Part shown: positions 36,276-45,215 of the stretch, piece by piece
Numbering within the stretch: the stretch's first letter is position 1
Layout: the number at the start of each line of letters is the position of its first letter
Source of the DNA: Kiritimatiellia bacterium
GTDB taxonomy: Bacteria; Verrucomicrobiota; Kiritimatiellia; RFP12; UBA1067
Direction of reading: 5' to 3'
Length of the DNA: 64,000 nt
Assembly: GCA_017395505.1 (NCBI GenBank)
Contig: JAFPUH010000037.1
Coordinates: forward strand, 59,226-123,225
Translations under genes and position numbers: made by a program
The notes under the pieces: generated by a model
The model's database searches: none
Told to the model about the DNA's origin: nothing
The model's input: only the letters and a program-made list of their open reading frames with translations

Positions 36276-37504
36276 CCCAGCTCGACAACCCTTCCGCCCT
36301 CAAGCCTCGACTTCTCGGCGGCGAATGCAATAAGATGGCTTTCAAGCGACTCTTCCGTTACGCGGCGCATCTCATCCCTGTCGCCGGCGTGTAGAAGGCG
36401 CAGAAGCTCTACGACGAGATTGAAGTCGCCTCCTCCGTGGCGCGACGGATTGTCAACGCGAAGAGAGAACGGTGCGCAGTTGGCGTTGAGCGAACTGCCG
36501 TCGAAACGGCATATGTGCAGAGACTCTCCATCGCCGACTATCTCACCGTTAGTGCAGCTTATGCGCGTAGTGCGTATGTTGCGCTCGGTGTAGCCGGCCA
36601 TGACGAGGCTTACGGTAGCCCCGCCCTCGAACTCCATATTTACCGTCTGATGGTCCGGCACATCATTGTCGCACGCATAGACGCAACGCCCGTAGTCTGT
36701 ATCGCGCACAACCTTCTCCATCGCCTCGCGCGATGTGTCAGCGAACATGTAGCCGAGCTGCGAACCGTAGTCGAGATACATCTTCTTCGCGCTCCATATG
36801 CAGGATCGCTCGATCTCTTCGGGACACTGCACGCAACGGTCGGCCGCACCTGCAGGCTTGTTCTCGGGACGGAAAACCTTTATGGACCCGAAACTTGTCA
36901 CCCGGCGGCATTTGCGCCCAAGCCACCAAACGAAAAGGTCGAAGTCGTGCGAACACTTCTGGAGTATTATCGGCGATGCCTTGACCGAGTTGGACCAGTT
37001 GCCTCGACAGTGCGAATGGGCAATCTTGAAGAAGCCGACGCTCTCCTGGTGCGCGATGGAAACCACCTCGCCCAACTCGCCCGAGTCGACTATAGCCTTT
37101 ATGTGGGCAAAATACCGCGTATAGCGGAGAACATGGCCGATGATCACAAGAAGCCCCTTGGATACGGCCTTTTCGATTATCTCGCGGCACTCCGACTCCT
37201 TTGTCGCGATGGGCTTTTCGAGAAGAAGATGGTAGCCTTTATCAAGCGCGGCGAGCGCAGCCTCGTGATGCAGGGCATCGGGAAGCGTCACGAAAACGAC
37301 ATCGGCATCGGGACGCGAGGCCAGGCACTCGCGCCAGTCACCCCAGTAGCGGGGCGCGGGTATCGTCTCAGCCTGCTCGGGATCGGCCACTCCGACTATC
37401 TCGAGCTGGTCTGGATGCTCCTTGGCATACGCGGCATAGGCGCGGCCACGGTAGCCCGCACCGAGCACGATTGCGCGGATAGCCCTGTTGTCGCTGTCGT
37501 TCAT
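36272..37504 (-). CDS. Gfo/Idh/MocA family NAD(P)-dependent oxidoreductase
   Basis: Rossmann N-terminus AIVLGAGYRGRAYAAY...EKP. TGGTATAAT sits 8 nt upstream of the ATG, suggesting a leaderless transcript. Confidence 0.85.
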   Translation of the reverse strand: MNDSDNRAIRAIVLGAGYRGRAYAAYAKEHPDQLEIVGVADPEQAETIPAPRYWGDWRECLASRPDADVVFVTLPDALHHEAALAALDKGYHLLLEKPIATKESECREIIEKAVSKGLLVIIGHVLRYTRYFAHIKAIVDSGELGEVVSIAHQESVGFFKIAHSHCRGNWSNSVKASPIILQKCSHDFDLFVWWLGRKCRRVTSFGSIKVFRPENKPAGAADRCVQCPEEIERSCIWSAKKMYLDYGSQLGYMFADTSREAMEKVVRDTDYGRCVYACDNDVPDHQTVNMEFEGGATVSLVMAGYTERNIRTTRISCTNGEIVGDGESLHICRFDGSSLNANCAPFSLRVDNPSRHGGGDFNLVVELLRLLHAGDRDEMRRVTEESLESHLIAFAAEKSRLEGGRVVELG

Positions 37505-37533
37505 CGGTAGTGATTATACCATAAATGGACAAA

Positions 37534-38580
37534 CTACGCCATACGGCGGGCCGCAGACATGGAAAGAGAGACAGCGGCGAGAACGAGAAGCGCGCCGGAG
37601 AGCAAAAACGCGGCGAAATGCTCCGACCAGCGGTCGTATGCCTCCATATTGAGGCGCGTCGTCTCTAGCTGGTCGATCTCCTCCAAAGCCCGCTCGAGCG
37701 AATCGCGGTCGTTTACCGAAAAATACGTTCCCCCTGTCGTCGAGGCTATGCTCTTTAGCTGCCGCTCGTCAAATGTCATGTCGGCGTACTGCACAATCTG
37801 GCGTCCGAAGAAGTCGCGTGCGATGATCGGTGTGCGGCTAGCGTTCGTGCCCACTCCGATGGCGTAGACCTTGACGCCCATAGCAGCTGCAGCCTTTGCG
37901 GCTTCATCCGGCTCGACCGCACCGGCGTTGCTCACGCCATCCGAAAGAAGTATCACAATCTTCGACTTGGGCTTGGCATCCTTGAGTCTGGCAAGCGCTG
38001 TTGCCAACCCGTCGCCGATTGCGGTCATCTGCTCGCCTTCTCCAATCTGGCCGCCTTGGGCGTCTATCGCGGCTGAAGGTATCTCCACACCCTTCAGCAC
38101 GTTTAGCAGCGCGTCATGATCCGCAGTGAGCGGAGAGCGCGTTGCAGCGTAGCCGCCGAATGTCACAAGGCCTATAAGATCGTCGGGACGCTTGGCGACG
38201 AATTCCGCAAAAAGCTTCTTCACGACAGCAAGGCGAGTAGTCTCGCGAGAGAACTTCTCTCCCTCCGGCGTAAGGTCTAGAGCATCCATGGAACCCGAGA
38301 CATCGACGGTCATCGCGATCGCTATGGCGTCTATAGTCTTACGTTCGCGGGCGAGAGGCGAACGAGGACGAGCCGCCGCGACGACCATCAGCGCAAGACC
38401 GGCGATCATCATGTAAGGGGTCATGGCCGCCACCTTCGCGCGCCAGCCGGCAGCACCGACTGGGAGCCTTGAGATTGCGGGATAGCGTATTCCGCTGCGC
38501 CTAGCGCGCCGCAGCAACCGCCACGCGACAAATGCGAGCGGCAACGCAAAAAGCAGCATCAGCGGATTTGCCAGGCTCAC
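37534..38580 (-). CDS. VWA-domain membrane protein (BatA-like)
   Basis: N-terminal TM helices, then a VWA MIDAS motif (DVSGSM). Confidence 0.8.
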   Translation of the reverse strand: MSLANPLMLLFALPLAFVAWRLLRRARRSGIRYPAISRLPVGAAGWRAKVAAMTPYMMIAGLALMVVAAARPRSPLARERKTIDAIAIAMTVDVSGSMDALDLTPEGEKFSRETTRLAVVKKLFAEFVAKRPDDLIGLVTFGGYAATRSPLTADHDALLNVLKGVEIPSAAIDAQGGQIGEGEQMTAIGDGLATALARLKDAKPKSKIVILLSDGVSNAGAVEPDEAAKAAAAMGVKVYAIGVGTNASRTPIIARDFFGRQIVQYADMTFDERQLKSIASTTGGTYFSVNDRDSLERALEEIDQLETTRLNMEAYDRWSEHFAAFLLSGALLVLAAVSLSMSAARRMA

Positions 38581-39545
38581 TTTACAACCTCCGCCGAATC
38601 GGCCTTGAGATAGTCGCGAGCAGAGTCGGTCGCCTCGTCCGCCATCTGAGGCGTCGCCTCGACGCCAGCGAACTTGACCATGTCGGCGTTTTCGAGGAAC
38701 CGCCTGAGAGAGGCAGTATCCACGACCCTCGTCTCGTCCTCACCGCATTCGCGAAGGAACTCGTCCGTCGTCATGTGCGGCGCGCGAATACCGTACTTGC
38801 GCTGCACGTAGCGCCTCACGACCATCGTCAGCTCAACATAGAAGTCCTTATACCTTCCACGTCCAGGGAGTCCCTTCTTTAGCAGTCGGTCGAGCTCTAC
38901 CCACGCTCGCTCAATCGGGCTCATCAGATGCTCCCTGACTCGACGCGAGATGTACCTTATTCCGAAAAGAAGCGCGTACGCCACCGCAACGACAGCTGCA
39001 AGGGCCGCAGTGAGCTGCCCTACTAGCCTCCAGCTCAAGGGCGGAAGGTCCTTTTTCGGATTCACCTCCATCTCTCCCGTCACTGGTTCGCGTGGCGGCG
39101 GTTGGCCGAACCTGACAGGTCCTGCGATAAACGAGTAGGCTCCATCGTCCGCGCGGGACGACAGCATGCGAGGCGAGGCCTTGACTACGAATGGCGCTAT
39201 CTTGTACTCCTCCGCGCACGGTTCAGGCACGAGCTTCCAGTTGACTGTCTGAACAATGCGCCCGTCCTTGTCCGTAAAAGGTTCGTCCTCGAAATCCTCG
39301 GCGACGGAGAAGCCGCGAACGCGTCCTCTCAAATCTGGCGGCAAGACTTTCATGTCTTGCGAAGATTTGACGGTGACAGTAAGAAACACGCTACGCCCTG
39401 GGTCGATCGCCTCGGGATCGCCATCAATCGAAAGCTCGACCCCGTTTCGCTCCACCATAAGCAGCGACGCCGCCACAAAAAGACACTTCAGCACAAGATC
39501 ACCTCTTCCTTGCGCGACGCTTGAAGAGCGTCCTGACCTCATCAA
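38577..39545 (-). CDS. Hypothetical membrane protein (BatD/DUF4381-like position in a Bat-type cluster)
   Basis: 322 aa with one central TM. Lies between the DUF58 and VWA genes. Confidence 0.45.
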   Translation of the reverse strand: MMRSGRSSSVAQGRGDLVLKCLFVAASLLMVERNGVELSIDGDPEAIDPGRSVFLTVTVKSSQDMKVLPPDLRGRVRGFSVAEDFEDEPFTDKDGRIVQTVNWKLVPEPCAEEYKIAPFVVKASPRMLSSRADDGAYSFIAGPVRFGQPPPREPVTGEMEVNPKKDLPPLSWRLVGQLTAALAAVVAVAYALLFGIRYISRRVREHLMSPIERAWVELDRLLKKGLPGRGRYKDFYVELTMVVRRYVQRKYGIRAPHMTTDEFLRECGEDETRVVDTASLRRFLENADMVKFAGVEATPQMADEATDSARDYLKADSAEVVK

Positions 39546-40389
39546 TGTATGGCCTGTCAGTCGCGACAGTCATCGTATCCATGCCCGTCTTGACGAAGAA
39601 TCGCCGCAACGCCTCGTCATCTGCAGCAGCCCGCCCGGCGAACTCGCGTCGGACCCTTTCGCTTGACGTATCGACAAGCACAAGCTCTCCAGTCTCGAGA
39701 TCCTCGAGCTCGACAAGCCCGACATCTGGCAGCACCCTCTCCGCAGGATCGCTTACCGGAACACAAACGACATCGTGATGCCTGGCCGTTGCCCTGAGCA
39801 TTCTCTCGAAACTGTCGTGGTCTGCAATAAAGTCGGATACGAGAAACACCACGGCGCGACGCTTCTGCACGCCGTTCAGGAACTTGAGAGCCGCTGCAAT
39901 GTCGGTGCCGCCCTTAGCCTCGTCTTCAGCCGCCAGCACCTCGCGCACAAGGCGCATCACGCTGTCGCGGCCCTTTCGAGGCGGTATGTACTTCACTATC
40001 CTGTCGGAGAAGAGCACCAGCCCTATCTTATCCTGATTGCGTATGGCCGTAAGCGCGAGAAGCGCCGTAACCTCAGCCGCAAGTTCCATCTTCGAGCGAT
40101 GGCCGGAGCCGTAACCCTGCGAGCCCGAAACGTCCACCATGAAAAGCACGGTGAGTTCGCGTTCCTCCGCGAAGCGCTTTATGTAAGGCACTCCAGTCCT
40201 GGCAGTGACGTTCCAGTCGATCGTCCTGACGTCATCCCCCGCTATGTACGGCCGCACCTCGTCGAACTCTACGCCCTGGCCCTTGAATGTCGAGTGGTAG
40301 TCGCCGCTGAGCTGGTCGTCGATGAGGCGGTTGGTGAGGATGCGAATCTTCCCCACCTTGGCCATTAGTTCCTTTACGTCTGTAGCCAT
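39499..40389 (-). CDS. DUF58-domain protein (MoxR-associated)
   Basis: Typical DUF58 sequence (DDVRTIDWNVTAR, VDVSGS). Confidence 0.8.
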   Translation of the reverse strand: MATDVKELMAKVGKIRILTNRLIDDQLSGDYHSTFKGQGVEFDEVRPYIAGDDVRTIDWNVTARTGVPYIKRFAEERELTVLFMVDVSGSQGYGSGHRSKMELAAEVTALLALTAIRNQDKIGLVLFSDRIVKYIPPRKGRDSVMRLVREVLAAEDEAKGGTDIAAALKFLNGVQKRRAVVFLVSDFIADHDSFERMLRATARHHDVVCVPVSDPAERVLPDVGLVELEDLETGELVLVDTSSERVRREFAGRAAADDEALRRFFVKTGMDTMTVATDRPYIDEVRTLFKRRARKR

Positions 40390-40398
40390 GCCGTAAGC

Positions 40399-41211
40399 CT
40401 AGACCATCGCACCGCTCCAGCCGAGCTTCCTCGACAGGACCTCGTACGGATCATAGCCCTGAAACTCCACGAACGGCGCGCACTCAGGAGACTTGCGTAT
40501 CTCGATCGAATCGCCGTCATCAAGCATCAGCGCATTCTCTCCGTCGGCGTAGACGCCGATCTTTCCTCCGCGCTCGCCATCCCTCGAACGGAGCGTCACG
40601 CGCATGGAAACCTCGTCGCTCACAACCATCGGCCTCACGCCCAGAGCATGCGGATTCATCGGAGTTACGACAAAGCACGACGAATCCGGCATCAACACAG
40701 GGCCACCCGCCGAAAGCGAATACGCCGTAGACCCGGTTGGCGTGGCAAACACGAGACCGTCCGCAAAATAGCGAGCAGCGCCGCGTCCGTCAACCGCGAG
40801 GTCTAGAACAGCCGCGTGGCCCGAAAGTTCTCTTGTTAGCACCATGTCATTCAGCGCAACGGCAACAGCATCGGAAGCCCCAGCCCTGCGAACCTCGAGC
40901 ATAGTACGGCGCGATATGCGGAAAAGTCCTTCCTTGAGCATTGAAAGCGCCTTGTCGAAGTCCTTGCGCTCAACGCTCGCCAGATAGCCAAGACCACCAA
41001 GATTGAATCCGGCGATCGGCTTTTCGCGATGCAACCGCGCGGCGCGCAATATGGTTCCGTCACCTCCGAGCGCAATCACGACATCAGCCTCGTCGCCCTT
41101 GGCGCAAAGCTCCATGCCGTAATCACCCAGAGACGCAACGAGCGCTTCGTAGGCAGCCTTCGCCTCAGGCTTCTGCCCGTTTACATGGAAATGGACTTTC
41201 CTGACAATCAT
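40399..41211 (-). CDS. nadK: NAD+ kinase
   Basis: GGDGT motif (ALGGDGTILRAA); NE/D short motif. ATGA-type overlap with the upstream oxidoreductase gene. Confidence 0.9.
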   Translation of the reverse strand: MIVRKVHFHVNGQKPEAKAAYEALVASLGDYGMELCAKGDEADVVIALGGDGTILRAARLHREKPIAGFNLGGLGYLASVERKDFDKALSMLKEGLFRISRRTMLEVRRAGASDAVAVALNDMVLTRELSGHAAVLDLAVDGRGAARYFADGLVFATPTGSTAYSLSAGGPVLMPDSSCFVVTPMNPHALGVRPMVVSDEVSMRVTLRSRDGERGGKIGVYADGENALMLDDGDSIEIRKSPECAPFVEFQGYDPYEVLSRKLGWSGAMV

Positions 41212-42611
41212 GCCTTTGAGTCCCTCGACTCCGCAAGACGGAGTAGCTCGCGATTCTTCTCGCCGAGCGCAGGCTTCTTCTTGAAGCTGGCGACCAGTGC
41301 CCTTTCGAGGCTTTCATCCGAAAGGCCTGTGCACTTGAACTTCTTGAGCGCGGCGAGCATCATGGTGTTCGCAGCCTTCGGCACGCCAAACTCCTCCGCC
41401 ATCTTAATCGCAGGCCATACAATGAGCCTGACGCCTTCGGGCGGCTGAACCTTTACGGGCACAGTCTCGTCGACGATCACCGTGCCGCCCGACTTCACGT
41501 CGCCCACAAACCTTTCATATGCCGGCTGGTTCATGCAGACAAGCACGTCCGGATGCTCGACCGTCGGCGAACCGATAGGTGTGCCTGAGACGACGACAGA
41601 GCAGTTTGCGCTGCCGCCGCGCTGCTCCGGGCCGTAGCTCGGAAACCACAGCGTGTGGCGACGCTCAAGCCGCGCAGCCTCTGCAACGGTGAGACCGAGA
41701 GAGAGGATGCCTTGGCCGCCGTAGCCAGCAAACTTGAATCGGCGCTCTGCGAAAGACGCGTCCGTCTCGGCCGCAGGGACAGCATCCTTCTCGGCGAAAA
41801 GCTCGCTGCACGACGCGACCTGCGGTATGGGGCGCACGGACAGCGCCTCACGACCCGTCTCGTCGCGAAATACGCCAAGAGGGAACTCCTTCTCCATCTC
41901 GTTCATGCAGAAGGCTGCGGCGTCTTGCGCGTTCATCTTGAAGTTTGTCGGGCACGGCGCCAGTATCTCGAGCATCGCGTAGCCCTTGCCGTCGCGCTGT
42001 ATCTCGAAGACCTTTCGGATTGCCTGCTTTGCCTGCATTATCCTGCGAGTATCTGCCACCGAAACGCGGGCGATGTAGACAGGTGCCTTGAGCTGCGCGA
42101 AGACCTCGCAGACGTGCAGAGGATGTCCTGTCAGCGCAGGGTCGCGCCCGAACGGAGTCGTCGTGGTAGTCTCGCCGTCGAGTGTCGTCGGAGCCATCTG
42201 CCCGCCGGTCATTCCGTAGAGCGAATTGTTGACGAATATGCAGCCAAACTTCTCGCCACGGCTCGCCGCCTGAAATGCGTTGTTGAAACCGATCGCGCCT
42301 AGATCACCGTCGCCCTGGTAAGCGATCGTCACGGCATCGGGACGCGCCCTGCACGCACCGGTCGCGGCCGCGCTCGCCCTGCCGTGGGCCGCCGATATGT
42401 GCGCCGCATCCCAGTAGTAGTAGGTGAACACGCCGCAACCTACTGGATCCACAAAGATCGTACGGTCCTGAAGTCCAAGTTCGGCGCATGCCTCCGCAAT
42501 CAGCTTGTTTATTATGCCGTGGCCGCAGCCGGGGCAGTAGTGCGTGAAGCTGACGTTCTTTCCGCTTCTCGGAAAGACCTTGTACATTCCCTTCTGTTCG
42601 ATCGCCGCCAT
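41208..42611 (-). CDS. 2-oxoacid:ferredoxin oxidoreductase, fused beta (TPP-binding) and gamma subunits
   Basis: N-terminal CPGCGHG / GDGD TPP motifs. C-terminal gamma domain starting RFKFAGYGGQGILSLG. Confidence 0.85.
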   Translation of the reverse strand: MAAIEQKGMYKVFPRSGKNVSFTHYCPGCGHGIINKLIAEACAELGLQDRTIFVDPVGCGVFTYYYWDAAHISAAHGRASAAATGACRARPDAVTIAYQGDGDLGAIGFNNAFQAASRGEKFGCIFVNNSLYGMTGGQMAPTTLDGETTTTTPFGRDPALTGHPLHVCEVFAQLKAPVYIARVSVADTRRIMQAKQAIRKVFEIQRDGKGYAMLEILAPCPTNFKMNAQDAAAFCMNEMEKEFPLGVFRDETGREALSVRPIPQVASCSELFAEKDAVPAAETDASFAERRFKFAGYGGQGILSLGLTVAEAARLERRHTLWFPSYGPEQRGGSANCSVVVSGTPIGSPTVEHPDVLVCMNQPAYERFVGDVKSGGTVIVDETVPVKVQPPEGVRLIVWPAIKMAEEFGVPKAANTMMLAALKKFKCTGLSDESLERALVASFKKKPALGEKNRELLRLAESRDSKA

Positions 42612-43666
42612 CAGATCATCTCCTTTGCGGACTTGACCGCATCATCGACCGAAACCACCTCACCGCCCATGCGGTGCACCATCTTCACACCGGCGGCCTC
42701 AGCGCCAAGTCCGGCCTTAGCCAGGTTGAGCCTCACATCGTCAGCGAACTGTCCGGCGTCCAGCTCTATCGTCATTATCTTGCGCCCCTTCGCGACAGCC
42801 GCGAGCTGTTCGCGCGGGAACGGATTGAGAGTTACCGGACGGAACACTCCAGCCTTCACTCCGACCTTGCGCAGCTCCTCCGCCGTGGTCCTGGCAATTC
42901 GACCAGAAATGCCATAACCCACAATCAGCAGCTCGGCGTCGTCCGCGAGATAGGCTTCGCCTATTGCGTCCTCGGCCATCTTCGCGTACTTCTCCTGAAG
43001 ATGCAGATTGAACTGCTCCTGCTGGGCCGCATCAAGGTAAATGGACTTTACGAGGTTCTCGCGCGTCTTGGGTTCGCCTTGGGCGGCCCAGTCGCTGAAA
43101 TCGGGTCTCTGAAGACCGCTCTCCGGCAGAAGCACCGTCTCCATCATCTGACCCTGTAGCCCGTCCGCAAAGACGACCGCCGGCGTGCGCCACTTGGCCG
43201 CCATCTCAAACGCCTTCATGGTGAGATCGAACATCTCCTGCGCGCTAGCAGGCGCAAGGGTGAATGTCTGGTAGCTGCCGTGGCCACCGCCCTTAACCGC
43301 AGGAGTGTAGTCGGACTGCTCGGGATACACATTACCGAGACCGGGACCAGCGCGGTTAACGTTCACCACTACAGCCGGCAGCTCCGCGCCGGCAAGATAG
43401 GAAATTCCCTCCTGCATCAGCGAAAAGCCGGGGCCGCTCGTCGCAGTCATGCAGAGCTTGCCAGCACCAGCTGCGCCAAACATCATGTTTATCGAGGCCG
43501 TCTCGCACTCTGCCTGTACGAACGTGCGCCCAAGCATAGGGAACCACTTCGCTGCACCGTGCGCAATCTCGCTCGCCGGCGTTATCGGATAGCCGAAATA
43601 CAGGTCGCAACCCGCGTACAGTGCGCCCATTACGACCGCCTCGTTGCCTTTCACGAACTTGGTCAT
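42611..43666 (-). CDS. 2-oxoacid:ferredoxin oxidoreductase alpha subunit
   Basis: Typical alpha subunit (KGNEAVVMGALYAG...; MTATSGPG). Confidence 0.85.
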   Translation of the reverse strand: MTKFVKGNEAVVMGALYAGCDLYFGYPITPASEIAHGAAKWFPMLGRTFVQAECETASINMMFGAAGAGKLCMTATSGPGFSLMQEGISYLAGAELPAVVVNVNRAGPGLGNVYPEQSDYTPAVKGGGHGSYQTFTLAPASAQEMFDLTMKAFEMAAKWRTPAVVFADGLQGQMMETVLLPESGLQRPDFSDWAAQGEPKTRENLVKSIYLDAAQQEQFNLHLQEKYAKMAEDAIGEAYLADDAELLIVGYGISGRIARTTAEELRKVGVKAGVFRPVTLNPFPREQLAAVAKGRKIMTIELDAGQFADDVRLNLAKAGLGAEAAGVKMVHRMGGEVVSVDDAVKSAKEMI

Positions 43667-43860
43667 TTCTCAATCCTCAATGCATATGGCTCGGGACAGT
43701 TGTAGAAGCATATTCCGCAGCTTATGCAGCCCTCGCCCTTGTATTTGACGGACTTTATGCCCATAGCGTTCAGCTCGTCGCCTAGCGCAAGGCATTTCTT
43801 CGGACACGCCGCCACACAGCGTCCGCAACCTTTGCAGTTCTCTTTATCCACAACAACCAT
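43663..43860 (-). CDS. 4Fe-4S ferredoxin (delta subunit of 2-oxoacid:ferredoxin oxidoreductase)
   Basis: 65 aa with two CxxCxxCxxxCP clusters. Confidence 0.8.
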   Translation of the reverse strand: MVVVDKENCKGCGRCVAACPKKCLALGDELNAMGIKSVKYKGEGCISCGICFYNCPEPYALRIEK

Positions 43861-43884
43861 GATACCACCTCGTATTGAGGGCCG

Positions 43885-44337
43885 TTATACAATATCCTGC
43901 ATGAACGCGCCCGTTTCATGCGCCTCAGATCCGTCCGATCCGGACGAGAGGTCGGCCTTATATTCAGAGACGAATTCACGCCAAGTCTTGACCACATCGG
44001 CGAAACGGTCGACCATATCTAGAGATTTGTCGGGGTCGATCCTGTCGAGCCATGTATACTTCTCTAGCCAGATCGAACCCGTCTCGGGATTAATCGTCAG
44101 CGTAGAGCCGGCGGTTCCGCCGTAAAGCCAATTGGCCTGGAGGGCAACACGATAGAGAGCCTCAAGACCATCTTCTGGCGGAGGCACACCAATCTCGGCC
44201 ATGAAGAGCACAAGATCGCCTGCCTCATGAAGCATCACCGAAACGCCATCGATATCGAGCCCGCAAACTCCGCCTTCGGCCTCGATCTCAAGGTTCAACT
44301 TTTGCCCAAGTGACTGTATGAATTTATCGAATTCCAT
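43885..44337 (-). CDS. CesT/YbjN-family protein (T3SS-chaperone-like fold; putative sensory transduction regulator)
   Basis: 150 aa, acidic. Pattern similar to the CesT/Tir-chaperone family. TGGTATAAT sits 7 nt before the ATG, suggesting a leaderless transcript. Confidence 0.45.
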   Translation of the reverse strand: MEFDKFIQSLGQKLNLEIEAEGGVCGLDIDGVSVMLHEAGDLVLFMAEIGVPPPEDGLEALYRVALQANWLYGGTAGSTLTINPETGSIWLEKYTWLDRIDPDKSLDMVDRFADVVKTWREFVSEYKADLSSGSDGSEAHETGAFMQDIV

Positions 44338-44422
44338 GGTGGTAATTATACCAAATCTCAGTTCTCAGACGCAAGGGGGATGCTAAAAACCCAACATGTA
44401 ATGCAAAAAATAATCGAAGGAT

Positions 44423-44499
44423 TGGTGGGCGGTGAGAGACTCGGACTCCCGACCTTGACCGTGTAAAGGTCCTGCTCTAACCAACTGAGCTAACCGCCC
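44423..44499 (-). tRNA. tRNA-Val (anticodon TAC), CCA encoded
   Basis: rc is GGGCGGTTAGCTCAGTTGGTTAGAGCAGGACCTTTACACGGTCAAGGTCGGGAGTCCGAGTCTCTCACCGCCCACCA, which folds as a cloverleaf (7-bp acceptor, GCTC/GAGC D-stem, anticodon loop TTTACAC, T-arm GGGAG/CTCTC). A TGATATAAT promoter lies 14 nt upstream. Confidence 0.85.
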
Positions 44500-44519
44500 T
44501 AAAAACGGTGCGTATTATA

Positions 44520-45215
44520 TCATATTTTCGGAACCGCCGACAATAGCCTTTTGGTATAGTCGCTCGTCGGGTGCTCGAAGACTTCAGCCGCTTCGCCGGA
44601 GTCGACGAAGAGGCCCCTTTCCATAACACAGATCCTGTCGCAGACGTTCTTCACAACAGCCAGGTCGTGTGCAATCAGAAGAATCGAAATGCCGAGGTCT
44701 CGGCGAAGTTCACGCAAGAGGTTCAGCACTCTCGCCTGAACAGATACGTCAAGCGCCGAGACAGGTTCATCGGCGATCAGCACCTCGGGCTCGCACGCAA
44801 GTGCCCGGGCCACAGATACGCGCTGGCACTGTCCGCCGGACATCTCGCGCGGATACTGGTCGAGAACCGCCTTGCTTAAGCCAACAAGCTCCAGAAGTTG
44901 CTCGGGAGTGCGGTGGCGTATGCCCTTCACCTTGAGCGTCTCTGCGAGAGTCTGACGCACGGTCATGCGCGGATTCAGAGAGCCGACGGCATCCTGAAAC
45001 ACCATCTGAACGGACTTTGCATTACAGACTATGCGCCCCGACGACGCCTTCTCGAGTCCGATAAGTGTCTTGGCGATGGTGGACTTTCCGCTTCCGGATT
45101 CGCCGACGATGCCGAGAATCTCGCCCTGCCTCAAGGTGAACGACACGCCCTTCACGGCCTCGAAATCGCCGTATCTGACGTGCAGGTCTTCTACTTCGTA
45201 GAGGTTGCCGCTCAC
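44520..45215 (-). CDS. ABC transporter ATP-binding protein (oligopeptide Dpp/Opp-type ATPase), orphan, coupled to argH
   Basis: Walker A GESGSGKST, signature LSGGQ, Walker B ILLIADEP. 4-nt overlap with argH. No permease or SBP partner nearby. Confidence 0.85.
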   Translation of the reverse strand: MSGNLYEVEDLHVRYGDFEAVKGVSFTLRQGEILGIVGESGSGKSTIAKTLIGLEKASSGRIVCNAKSVQMVFQDAVGSLNPRMTVRQTLAETLKVKGIRHRTPEQLLELVGLSKAVLDQYPREMSGGQCQRVSVARALACEPEVLIADEPVSALDVSVQARVLNLLRELRRDLGISILLIAHDLAVVKNVCDRICVMERGLFVDSGEAAEVFEHPTSDYTKRLLSAVPKI

